A stretch of 40,000 nt of DNA from Paracoccaceae bacterium (lineage in GTDB: Bacteria > Pseudomonadota > Alphaproteobacteria > Rhodobacterales > Rhodobacteraceae): assembly GCA_963669315.1 (NCBI GenBank), contig OY770021.1, positions 3,277,467-3,317,466 of the forward strand. Direction: 5' to 3'. The translations under genes were made by a program, and so were the position numbers. Below are positions 33,296 through 40,000 of this stretch, piece by piece. The notes under the pieces are model-generated. The model was not told the origin of the DNA and made no database searches. It saw only the letters and a list, made by a program, of their open reading frames with translations. Every line of letters starts with the position of its first letter. Within the stretch, counting starts at the first letter, position 1.

Positions 33296-35008
33296 ATGAT
33301 TAAACGCTCACGTTCATCTCATCGGTCCATGATCAGGGCGGTGAGCGCCGCAAGGCTGACTCTATCCAGATTCATCAAAGACACGACCGGCGCGATTGTT
33401 CTGCAGACGCTCGTGTTCTTCCTGTTCGTGATGGGTGTCGCCGGTCTGGTGATCGATGTTGGCCGTATTTACGTGGTCAACACCTCGGCCCAATCCTATG
33501 TCGATCAACTCGCGCTTGCTGCTGCGACGGAACTCGACGGCAAATCGGGCGCGAGGCAGCGCGCGCGTCTCGCGGCCTTTGGTAAATCGGTCGATGAGGA
33601 CGAGCACACCGATAACACTCTTAAAAAGATGATACCGTTTGCCGACACTTCGGACTTGTTCGGGGTGAAAGAGCTGATTTTCATCAAAGAGCTTTTTCCG
33701 GATTCGGGGTTTCAGTACAAAGTCGACGACCTTCTTGGCGCCAGCAATTCGAACATTGCGACGACAGACGCTGAGGCCGAGTATGTCATAGTCATCGCCG
33801 AACCTTCGGGAATTGCGACCACGCTGCTTAGCATCGCTCGGTTAGGATCGAGTTCCGATGACGCAGTGCCAGGCACCCTGATCACCTCTGCGGTCGCCGT
33901 CGCCGGGCTGGAGGATGGCGGCATTTGCGAGACGCCGATGTTCATGTTCTGCAACCCGCGTGAGCCGAGCGAGCTCTCTTCGATTGGCAGCATCACGGGT
34001 CGGCAAATGATCCTCAAAAATCATGGCAAGAAGGTCGGTGGCGCTGACACCAGTTGGGCGCCGGGCAACTATGGCACGATTGATTTGCCGGACGATGCTT
34101 TTGGCGCATGCCCGAACAGCAGCGGCAATGCAGCTTCGCGGCAGCGCTGTCTGCTAGGGATCAATTCGCTGCAGAAATCCTGCACCACAACCACCGTCGA
34201 TATGGATCCGGGGCAATCGATCAGCATCCATACCGGGCTGAATCTGCGGTTCGGCATGTTTGACTCGCAGACGGAAAGCTTTCGAGACGATGCGAACTTC
34301 TCCCCTGACGTCAATGTCATCAAGGGGGCGGAATACACGCCGAAAAACAACGACAACAAACCTTGCTACAATGACCAATACACCGATTGGACGGAATCCG
34401 CCTATCTTCCGCGCTCGCCATGCCTTGCGGCCGGCAACTGCGCCTCTCACGCCAGTGGAATGGGGTATGCGCGGATAAGTCCGCCGATTTCCGTTGAGAC
34501 GCCCAGCGCCTTGTCGACCTACTGGGGGACGAACCACAGCGACCACAGCACGTTCGCAGCTGCGGAAACGGACGCCAGCAATAACTACAACAACACGTTC
34601 TTTCCGGATGTGATCGGGCTTGGCCTGGACACCCGCTACGAGATGTATCTGTACGAGACGTATGGCGCCGATTCTCTTGGAAATGACTTCCTTTCCGATG
34701 TCGGCGCCACCTCGGGGGTGCAGGAAGTCGGCGATCCGAACAGCGGCACGCCGACTTGCACGTCCGCGCCAGGCTTGCCGAACAGGCGGGTGATGATCGT
34801 CGCCTCTGTCAATTGCACCGACGAGGGCGTCTCTGGCAACTCCAGCGGTGTGGAGGTGGATGAATATTTTTGGGCCTTCATGACTGAACCGGTGAAAGAC
34901 AACTCCGATACGACAAGCGAAGACGATATTTATGTGGAGTTCATTCGACAGATCACCAACAAGGATGATCCGAAGATCATCCATGCCTATCCCTTGTTGC
35001 ATCGGTGA
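33296..35008 (+). CDS. TadG-like protein (Flp-pilus-assembly TadE/G-like N-terminal domain, 570 aa)
   Basis: N-terminal segment TTGAIVLQTLVFFLFVMGVAGLVIDVGRIYVVNTSAQSYVDQLALAAA is typical of the TadG-type N-domain. A GNYGTIDL motif follows later. ATG 33296 has a GGGAG SD. The track ORF start at 33002 lies in AT-rich intergenic DNA. Confidence 0.75.
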   Translation: MIKRSRSSHRSMIRAVSAARLTLSRFIKDTTGAIVLQTLVFFLFVMGVAGLVIDVGRIYVVNTSAQSYVDQLALAAATELDGKSGARQRARLAAFGKSVDEDEHTDNTLKKMIPFADTSDLFGVKELIFIKELFPDSGFQYKVDDLLGASNSNIATTDAEAEYVIVIAEPSGIATTLLSIARLGSSSDDAVPGTLITSAVAVAGLEDGGICETPMFMFCNPREPSELSSIGSITGRQMILKNHGKKVGGADTSWAPGNYGTIDLPDDAFGACPNSSGNAASRQRCLLGINSLQKSCTTTTVDMDPGQSISIHTGLNLRFGMFDSQTESFRDDANFSPDVNVIKGAEYTPKNNDNKPCYNDQYTDWTESAYLPRSPCLAAGNCASHASGMGYARISPPISVETPSALSTYWGTNHSDHSTFAAAETDASNNYNNTFFPDVIGLGLDTRYEMYLYETYGADSLGNDFLSDVGATSGVQEVGDPNSGTPTCTSAPGLPNRRVMIVASVNCTDEGVSGNSSGVEVDEYFWAFMTEPVKDNSDTTSEDDIYVEFIRQITNKDDPKIIHAYPLLHR

Positions 35009-35049
35009 ATTGTGTGCGTAGGCATGGACGACAGGCGGATGGTTGGCGT

Positions 35050-35514
35050 ATGGATCGAAAGCTGAGAAACCTTCTTCGAGACCCAAATGGAGGGCTGTCC
35101 ATTGAACTGGTGATCGCCTTGCCATTGATCGCGGTCGCCCAGGCCCTCGCGTTCGATGTCGGTCGCGTCATCATCGATCAACATGCGCTTGAATCCGGCG
35201 TTCGGGATGCGGCGCGTTATCTCGCTCGCGCCCAGGTTGACGATTGCCCCGATGCAGGCACCGGTTATTGGAAAGTGTACCATAGGTTGGTTGCGACAGG
35301 CGTGCAGTCAGACATTGTTTCCAGCGACATTCAATGCAACTTCAGGCCGTTGTTTGATGGATCAACGAGTGCGTTGAGGGTTGAATACACTCGGGTAGAG
35401 ATTGTCGCGGAAATCAATGTCACGACGCCACTGACCAGGTTCGCCGCCTGGGGAGCATGGGACGGCGGTATCACGATAGCTGCTTCCGATCAGGCGCGGT
35501 TTATTGGAGAGTAA
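35050..35514 (+). CDS. TadE/TadF-like pseudopilin
   Basis: N-terminus DPNGGLSIELVIALPLIAVAQALAFDVG matches the TadE-like prepilin-type pattern (G / xxxE plus a hydrophobic helix). 154 aa from ATG 35050. Confidence 0.7.
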   Translation: MDRKLRNLLRDPNGGLSIELVIALPLIAVAQALAFDVGRVIIDQHALESGVRDAARYLARAQVDDCPDAGTGYWKVYHRLVATGVQSDIVSSDIQCNFRPLFDGSTSALRVEYTRVEIVAEINVTTPLTRFAAWGAWDGGITIAASDQARFIGE

Positions 35515-35517
35515 GAC

Positions 35518-36204
35518 GTGAGGGTAATTCGAAAGCTGAAAGCACTTTGGCGCGATGAAAAGGGGATGCATTCGATTGAGTTCCCGCTCGTCTTCTTTTT
35601 CATGTTCATGTTCGTCATGTTCGCGTTTCAGGTCGCTTTCGCGATGTTCGAGTTGATTTCGGTGGAAAAGGCCGCCCACGCAGCTGCGCGGATCGCCGCT
35701 GTCCGAGATCCCGTCCATACGAGCGTGCCTTCCACCAATGCGGCCGTTTCACCGGATACACTCGGCGATTGGTGTGGCGTCGGAGCAAATTGCACAAACC
35801 CCGGCGGGCCTTGGGTTTGTAGTCTCGACAGCACAGACACCGGCTGCGATTCCAGCCGGATGCAAGTGATCTACACCGACATGATGCGCTATGGAATTCG
35901 CGTTGCGCCTGACGATATGACGATTTCCTATACTTATGGGTGGTTGGGCTATGCCGGAGGTCCGTTTGCGCCGATTGTTGAGGTGACCATTGAATCTCGG
36001 CCGTTTTTGTTCAGTTTTGTGCCGTTGATCGGCGGTGATTTGGTTCGCCGTCCAGTGACGGCTACCGCTGTTGGCGAAGATCTGGCGACCAACTATACTG
36101 GGTTTGCCAGCAGCACTTCCAGCACGAGCACCAGCACATCGACGTCGACCACCACCTCCAGCACGAGCGGTGGTGATGATACATCGACGTCTAGCGGCGG
36201 CTAG
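35518..36204 (+). CDS. TadE/TadF-like pseudopilin with Ser/Thr-rich C-terminal tail
   Basis: GTG start at 35518. The N-terminus is EKGMHSIEFPLVFFFMFMFVMFAFQVAFAMFE (G / xxxEF plus helix). The C-terminus is SSTSSTSTSTSTSTTTSSTSGGDDTSTSSGG. Confidence 0.7.
   Translation: MRVIRKLKALWRDEKGMHSIEFPLVFFFMFMFVMFAFQVAFAMFELISVEKAAHAAARIAAVRDPVHTSVPSTNAAVSPDTLGDWCGVGANCTNPGGPWVCSLDSTDTGCDSSRMQVIYTDMMRYGIRVAPDDMTISYTYGWLGYAGGPFAPIVEVTIESRPFLFSFVPLIGGDLVRRPVTATAVGEDLATNYTGFASSTSSTSTSTSTSTTTSSTSGGDDTSTSSGG
36109..36201 (+). repeat. Low-complexity AGC/ACS triplet repeat encoding a Ser/Thr tract
   Basis: The DNA runs agcagcacttccagcacgagcaccagcacatcgacgtcgaccaccacctccagcacgagc... at the 3' end of the third Tad-like gene. 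Confidence 0.6.
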
Positions 36205-36316
36205 CGGCGGCAACAGCAACGGCGGCAATCCACATAACTAGTTTACTAGCCTAAGCGCCTGATGGCGCGAGATTATGCCGCGTGATCAATTCGGCGCGGA
36301 CATAGCAAGATTCAGG

Positions 36317-36348
36317 ATCGGCGCCGCGCTTTTCATGCCGGCGCCGAT
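36317..36348 (+). terminator. Candidate terminator hairpin downstream of the Tad-like genes
   Basis: Perfect 10-bp inverted repeat ATCGGCGCCG / CGGCGCCGAT with a 12-nt loop, followed by TGCTGTTGTG (T-containing, but not a clean U-tract). Confidence 0.35.
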
Positions 36349-36626
36349 TGCTGTTGTGAGATATCAAACCGCCCGGAAGTGAAGTGGCTCTGGTTTTCGG
36401 GCGGCTCGGCGATGTTTTCAAAGTGGAACCAGGTTAGATTTCACGCCGACGCGCTCGAACCAGGTCAGCAGCGGAGCAATTTTCGGCCTCGGCGATTTCG
36501 CGCTTCCTGGCGGTGCTGGTGTTGAAGCACCCTGTGAAGAGGAGGCCGCGCAATGTTGAGCACCTATTCCGTCGCCATCGCCGAGACAACGCGGTCCGCA
36601 AATCACCGGCTGCGAGAGGCGCACTG

Positions 36627-36758
36627 ATGTTTGTCGTCTGCGGAGAAGCCCTTTGGGATCTGTTCGCTGTCGAGCAAGGCGGCGCGCTTGAATTCGACGC
36701 GCGGATCGGCGGCTCTCCTTTCAATGTCGCCGTCGGCCTGTCGCGGCTGGGGCAGAGG
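36627..36758 (+). pseudogene. 5' fragment (44 codons) of a PfkB-family sugar kinase (fructokinase-like)
   Basis: MFVVCGEALWDLFAVEQGGALEFDARIGGSPFNVAVGLSRLGQR matches the canonical N-terminus of rhizobial-type fructokinases (CGEAL.D....GGS.FN.A..L.RLG). After this the sequence switches abruptly to integrase. Confidence 0.7.
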
Positions 36759-37316
36759 CGCGATCGCTGGCTCAGCGAAGAAGAACTTCAAAGGCTTTGG
36801 GCAGCGTTGGATGAATACCCTGACTATCCGCCAGCCAACGCAATCCAGCTGCAGATTCTCACCGGCGCGCGGTTGGGCGAAGTCCTCAGAGCGAGGCGCG
36901 CTGATTTCGACCTTTCCCGCGGCGTTTGGACCAAGCCGTCTTACGAGACGAAGCAGAAGCGCACTGAACATGTGCCGTTGGGCGAAGATGCCGCCGGTAT
37001 CGTTGAGAGGGTCATCCAAACATCGAGCGGCGATTCCGAGTGGTTGTTTCCCGGCCGCAAGGAAGGCGAGCCGCTCAAGGACATTAAGAGATCTTGGATG
37101 TCTCTGCTCAAACATGCGAGCATCGAGGATTACCGGAGGCACGACAACCGCCACACCTATGCGTCTCATCTGGTGTCGTCGGGTCTCAGCCTCGAAGTGG
37201 TCGGGCGGCTGCTGGGCCATACATCGGCGCAGACGACCAAGCGATATGCGCACCTTGCCGACGACGCGCTGCGAGAGGCCAATAACGTCTTTGGTCGGAA
37301 ACTGCCAAACCGCTGA
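36759..37316 (+). mobile_element. 3' fragment (catalytic domain only) of a tyrosine recombinase/phage-type integrase, fused in frame to the kinase fragment
   Basis: RWLSEEELQRLWAALDE, box I LQILTGARLGEVLRARRADF, then HDNRHTYASHLV...LGHTSAQTTKRYAHL (R...H-x-x-R...H...Y). The N-terminal arm-binding and core-binding domains are absent. Confidence 0.8.
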
Positions 37317-38005
37317 AGCCAAGCTTGGTCAAGGCGGGTTCAGCCCAGCCCCGTCAGTCCGGGCTCGACTGGACCACGGACGCCCTATGCCAATTGCCGC
37401 CACCAGTAGGCGTTTGGCGTTTCCTTTTTGATGGGGGGCGTCTTGCCCTTGGAGCGGGCAATCAAGAAATCGGAAAGCTGTGGCACATGGTCTCGCGCTT
37501 CAGAAGGGGGGGGTGGGTCGATCTCTATAGCTTTTCGGTGGAAGACCGGAGGCCCCCGGCCGCCAATCATAAACCGTAACAAAAAAGGTTCCGAGGTTGC
37601 CTGGATCGGGCGTGAAGATGGAATTGCGGCATAGATCTTGGCGTCGATATACGGCCCAGACCACAAGATCGCCCAAGCTCCGCGGCGGTACAACACGATC
37701 TCCCCGAAGCGGCAATTCGTTCGAGTTAGGCGGCCAGAGTTCATTCCGGTCGTTCGCTGCGCCCAAGTCCGATGTCTCACATGCGAGACAATGCCAACAT
37801 CGGACAAATGTCTGGTTTCGGTGCGCACTCAGGCACTCAAGACATTCACTAAGGTTCCGGCCATCAGCTGGAGCACACCAGTTCTAGTCGTAGACGGCGC
37901 CCACTTAGGCATCCTGGGGACCCGCCAAAAAGTGCGTGTACACGTGTTGCCGCTTGTCCATAGTCTTCGCGGAGCGTGCACGCTTGCTGATCGAAAAGCA
38001 CTCAA

Positions 38006-38614
38006 TCATGCTCGAACCGCCGCATCGTATGCGGCAACGATCTTTTTGGCGCGCTGGCCGACTTCGGTGGCGTCAAAGCCAGGTTTGTAGAGGTTGGAGC
38101 CGACGCCGAAGCCGCTTGCGCCCGCCTTGAGCCATTCGGCGAAGTTATTGGGCCCCACGCCGCCCACGGCGTAGGTTTCAGTTCCTTTGGGCAGCACTGC
38201 GGCGATCGCTTCGAGCCCCTTTGATCCTATGAGAAAAGATGGAAAGAACTTCAGGCCATCGGCGCCGCATCTGAGCGCGGCAAAGCACTCCGTGGGCGTG
38301 GCGACGCCCGGATATGACGCCATGCCCGCCGCCTTGGTCGCCTCGATCACCGCCGGGTTGCAATCCGGCGAGACGATCATCGCGCCACCAACAGATCGCA
38401 CATCGGCCACCTGTGCTTCCGTCAGGACCGTTCCCGCGCCGATCTGCGCTTGATCGCCGAACTCCTTAGCGAGACGCCCGATCGAGGCCAGAGGATCGGG
38501 CGAGTTGAGCGGCACCTCGATGCTGCTGACGCCAACTGCGATTAGCGCGCGCCCGATCTCCAGCGTCTCGCCCGGCTGAATTCCTCGTAAAATGGCGATG
38601 ATCTTGCGGCTCAT
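38006..38614 (-). CDS. dgoA: 2-dehydro-3-deoxy-6-phosphogalactonate aldolase
   Basis: 202-aa KDPG/KDPGal aldolase family protein (IIAILRGI, IEVPLNSPDP, GAGTVL, LKFFP). ATGA-type overlap with dgoK upstream. Confidence 0.8.
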   Translation of the reverse strand: MSRKIIAILRGIQPGETLEIGRALIAVGVSSIEVPLNSPDPLASIGRLAKEFGDQAQIGAGTVLTEAQVADVRSVGGAMIVSPDCNPAVIEATKAAGMASYPGVATPTECFAALRCGADGLKFFPSFLIGSKGLEAIAAVLPKGTETYAVGGVGPNNFAEWLKAGASGFGVGSNLYKPGFDATEVGQRAKKIVAAYDAAVRA

Positions 38615-39528
38615 GGCGTTTCCTTCATGCTGCTTTCAAAGGCCGCAGTCAGACCGGCCAGCGTCATGGCGTCGCCTCCGGCCAGTTCGGCCTGCGTTCC
38701 CTGCGCCATGAGCGCGGCTGAATAAAGGTTGGACAAGGTTTCCGCCCCGATCAGGATTACATGTTGGCCGAGCCAATAGGGCCGCGCGCCGGCCAACTCC
38801 AGACCGATCAGAAATCCGGATAGTCGCGCGCGAGCCGTGGCGGGCGGCAGGCTCTCCAGCAGAGCTGAGGCGCGAATGGAGAAGAGATCCGCCGCAAGGG
38901 TTTGAGGGCGCGCCATGGCGTCGTCGATGGCCTCAGCGAAGGCCGCGCCGTCCCACCCGTCGCTGCTTATTCCATGGCGCAGTACGGAGCGCTCAGACAG
39001 CAGCGAAAACAGCTCGCCCGTCATGAATGTGCGAAAGCTGACAATCTCTCCCGCGCTGATATGCGCCCATTTCGTGTGCGTTCCCGGAAGGCAGATCACC
39101 CCGTCGAAGCCCGGGTTCTGGGCGAGATATCCCGCGATCTGCGTTTCCTCGCCCCGCATCACATCCGCGGGTTTCGATTGGCTGACGCCGGGCAGGATGC
39201 GGACGGTCAATCTGGGGTCATCGACCGGCGCGAGAATAGCGCTATTCGCGCCCGGCGGCGGACAGGGCGCCGCGTCGTATGGCGCCTCCACCCAGCCTTG
39301 GCGCGCGCCGACCATGCCGCAGGCGATGACCGGCGTTTGGCGTCCTTCGCGCAGATAGGTATCGATCAACGACAGAAGCGCCGGCTCGAACTGCTCCGGC
39401 GAAAGCCGCCCCATGCCATCCGCTGAGGACAGCGCGGCGATTTGCTCGCCCCTCGGCCCGAAAATCCAGACGCGAAGATGGGTCGTTCCCCAATCCGCTG
39501 CTATCCAACTGATGGATTGATCCGCCAT
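38611..39528 (-). CDS. dgoK: 2-dehydro-3-deoxygalactonokinase
   Basis: N-terminus WIAADWGTTHLRVW, plus ACGMVGARQGW and LPGTHTKW motifs characteristic of DgoK. Confidence 0.8.
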   Translation of the reverse strand: MADQSISWIAADWGTTHLRVWIFGPRGEQIAALSSADGMGRLSPEQFEPALLSLIDTYLREGRQTPVIACGMVGARQGWVEAPYDAAPCPPPGANSAILAPVDDPRLTVRILPGVSQSKPADVMRGEETQIAGYLAQNPGFDGVICLPGTHTKWAHISAGEIVSFRTFMTGELFSLLSERSVLRHGISSDGWDGAAFAEAIDDAMARPQTLAADLFSIRASALLESLPPATARARLSGFLIGLELAGARPYWLGQHVILIGAETLSNLYSAALMAQGTQAELAGGDAMTLAGLTAAFESSMKETP

Positions 39529-39550
39529 CGCGCTATCCCGTCACCGCCTC

Positions 39551-40000
39551 CTACTTCGCCTCGTCCCAAGTCTTATGCAGTTCCACAACGCGGCTGACTT
39601 CGTCGCGCGATCCCAGGATCACCGGCACCCGCTGGTGCGGCGACTCTGGAGGGATCTCCATGATCCGTTCGCGCCCCGTGGATGCGAGACCGCCGGCCTG
39701 CTCGACGAGAAAGCTCATCGGATTGGCCTCATAGAAGAGACGCAGCTTGCCGCCCGCGTCTCGGTTCTTCTCATCGACCGGATAAAGGAACACGCCGCCG
39801 CGCATCAGGATGCGATGCACCTCAGCCACCATCGAGGCCACCCAGCGCATGTTGTAGGTCCGCCCGCGCGGACCGTTTTCGCCGGAAATGCATTCCTCCA
39901 CATACTGCCTGACCGGCGGCTCCCACCACTTCTCGCGCGAGGCGTTGATCGCAAATTCAGGCGTCGCAGCCGGGATTTGAATGTTCGGGTGCGTCAGCCT
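39551..40000 (-). CDS. fbp: Fructose-1,6-bisphosphatase class 1, C-terminal part (gene continues beyond the window)
   Basis: The frame is open from 40000 down to the TAG at 39551. Sequence [58 protein letters not shown]...[14 protein letters not shown] is typical of class 1 FBPase. Confidence 0.85.
   Translation of the reverse strand, partial: RLTHPNIQIPAATPEFAINASREKWWEPPVRQYVEECISGENGPRGRTYNMRWVASMVAEVHRILMRGGVFLYPVDEKNRDAGGKLRLFYEANPMSFLVEQAGGLASTGRERIMEIPPESPHQRVPVILGSRDEVSRVVELHKTWDEAK

Noticed and set aside
34154-35125. 323-aa minus-strand ORF across the TadG-like gene
   Set aside because: It is antisense to an ORF with a clear Tad-type N-terminal domain and SD. It has no motif and an Arg/Val/Gly-rich composition.
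36603-37322. 239-aa minus ORF and 266-aa plus ORF (36631-37431) overlapping the integrase fragment
   Set aside because: Only the 36513/36627 frame gives recognisable kinase and integrase motifs. The alternative frames are Arg/Ser/Pro-rich.
36759-38005. A tRNA gene as the integration target next to the integrase remnant
   Set aside because: I scanned both strands for T-arm-like GTTCRANYC contexts with flanking 5-bp stems and found none that folds. The GTTCGAG near 37719 has no complementary arms.
37385-38090. 147-aa minus ORF (37385-37828) and 150-aa plus ORF (37638-38090) as possible real genes
   Set aside because: They overlap each other, and the second also overlaps the dgoA 3' end. They lack SD sequences and any family signature. 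An apparent DPPP stretch is produced by the G8 tract and does not fit the order of methyltransferase motifs. They are kept only as part of the scar finding.
1-40000. CRISPR arrays, rRNA genes, IS elements with terminal inverted repeats, or toxin-antitoxin/defence cassettes
   Set aside because: No regularly spaced direct repeats, no rRNA-like conserved blocks and no transposase-like ORFs were seen. The only mobile-element trace is the truncated integrase.

Overview
High-GC, alphaproteobacterium-like chromosomal segment with compact operons and many ATGA/GTGA stop-start overlaps. All product calls come from motif reading by eye, since no database search was possible.

Gene content from left to right:
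- A minus-strand operon: TRAP transporter (P, Q, M), amidase-signature amidase, small membrane protein, ABM-domain membrane protein, and the start of a dehydrogenase-like gene.
- A LuxR/LuxI quorum-sensing pair with a small ORF translationally coupled to luxI.
- Divergent cueR and a copper P-type ATPase with a MerR-type operator between them.
- A TauE/SafE permease followed directly by a contiguous pabB-pabA-pabC-folP-folB-folK folate operon.
- A 1315-aa Lys/Glu/Ala-rich coiled-coil protein with a 154-aa acidic partner. Its C-terminus carries what looks like a papain/calpain-like Gln-Cys...His...Asn-Trp-Gly signature.
- A large sensory and transport cluster (about 20.5-33.1 kb). It holds a solute-symporter-fused histidine kinase, a coupled small membrane ORF, two output-less receivers and an ScfR/RamB-type regulator. 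It also holds a DUF4212 plus ActP-like symporter, a cNMP-CBS-DUF294 nucleotidyltransferase, and a membrane pseudo-histidine-kinase fused to a DEDDh exonuclease.
- A lower-GC orphan trio of TadG/TadE-like pseudopilins.
- A chimeric pseudogene (sugar-kinase 5' end fused in frame to a tyrosine-integrase 3' end), followed by a roughly 690-bp decayed stretch.
- dgoA, dgoK and a partial fbp.

No rRNA, tRNA or CRISPR array was recognised.

The two best candidates for undescribed biology are the nucleotidyltransferase plus pseudo-kinase-exonuclease signalling module and the giant putative protease with its acidic partner.
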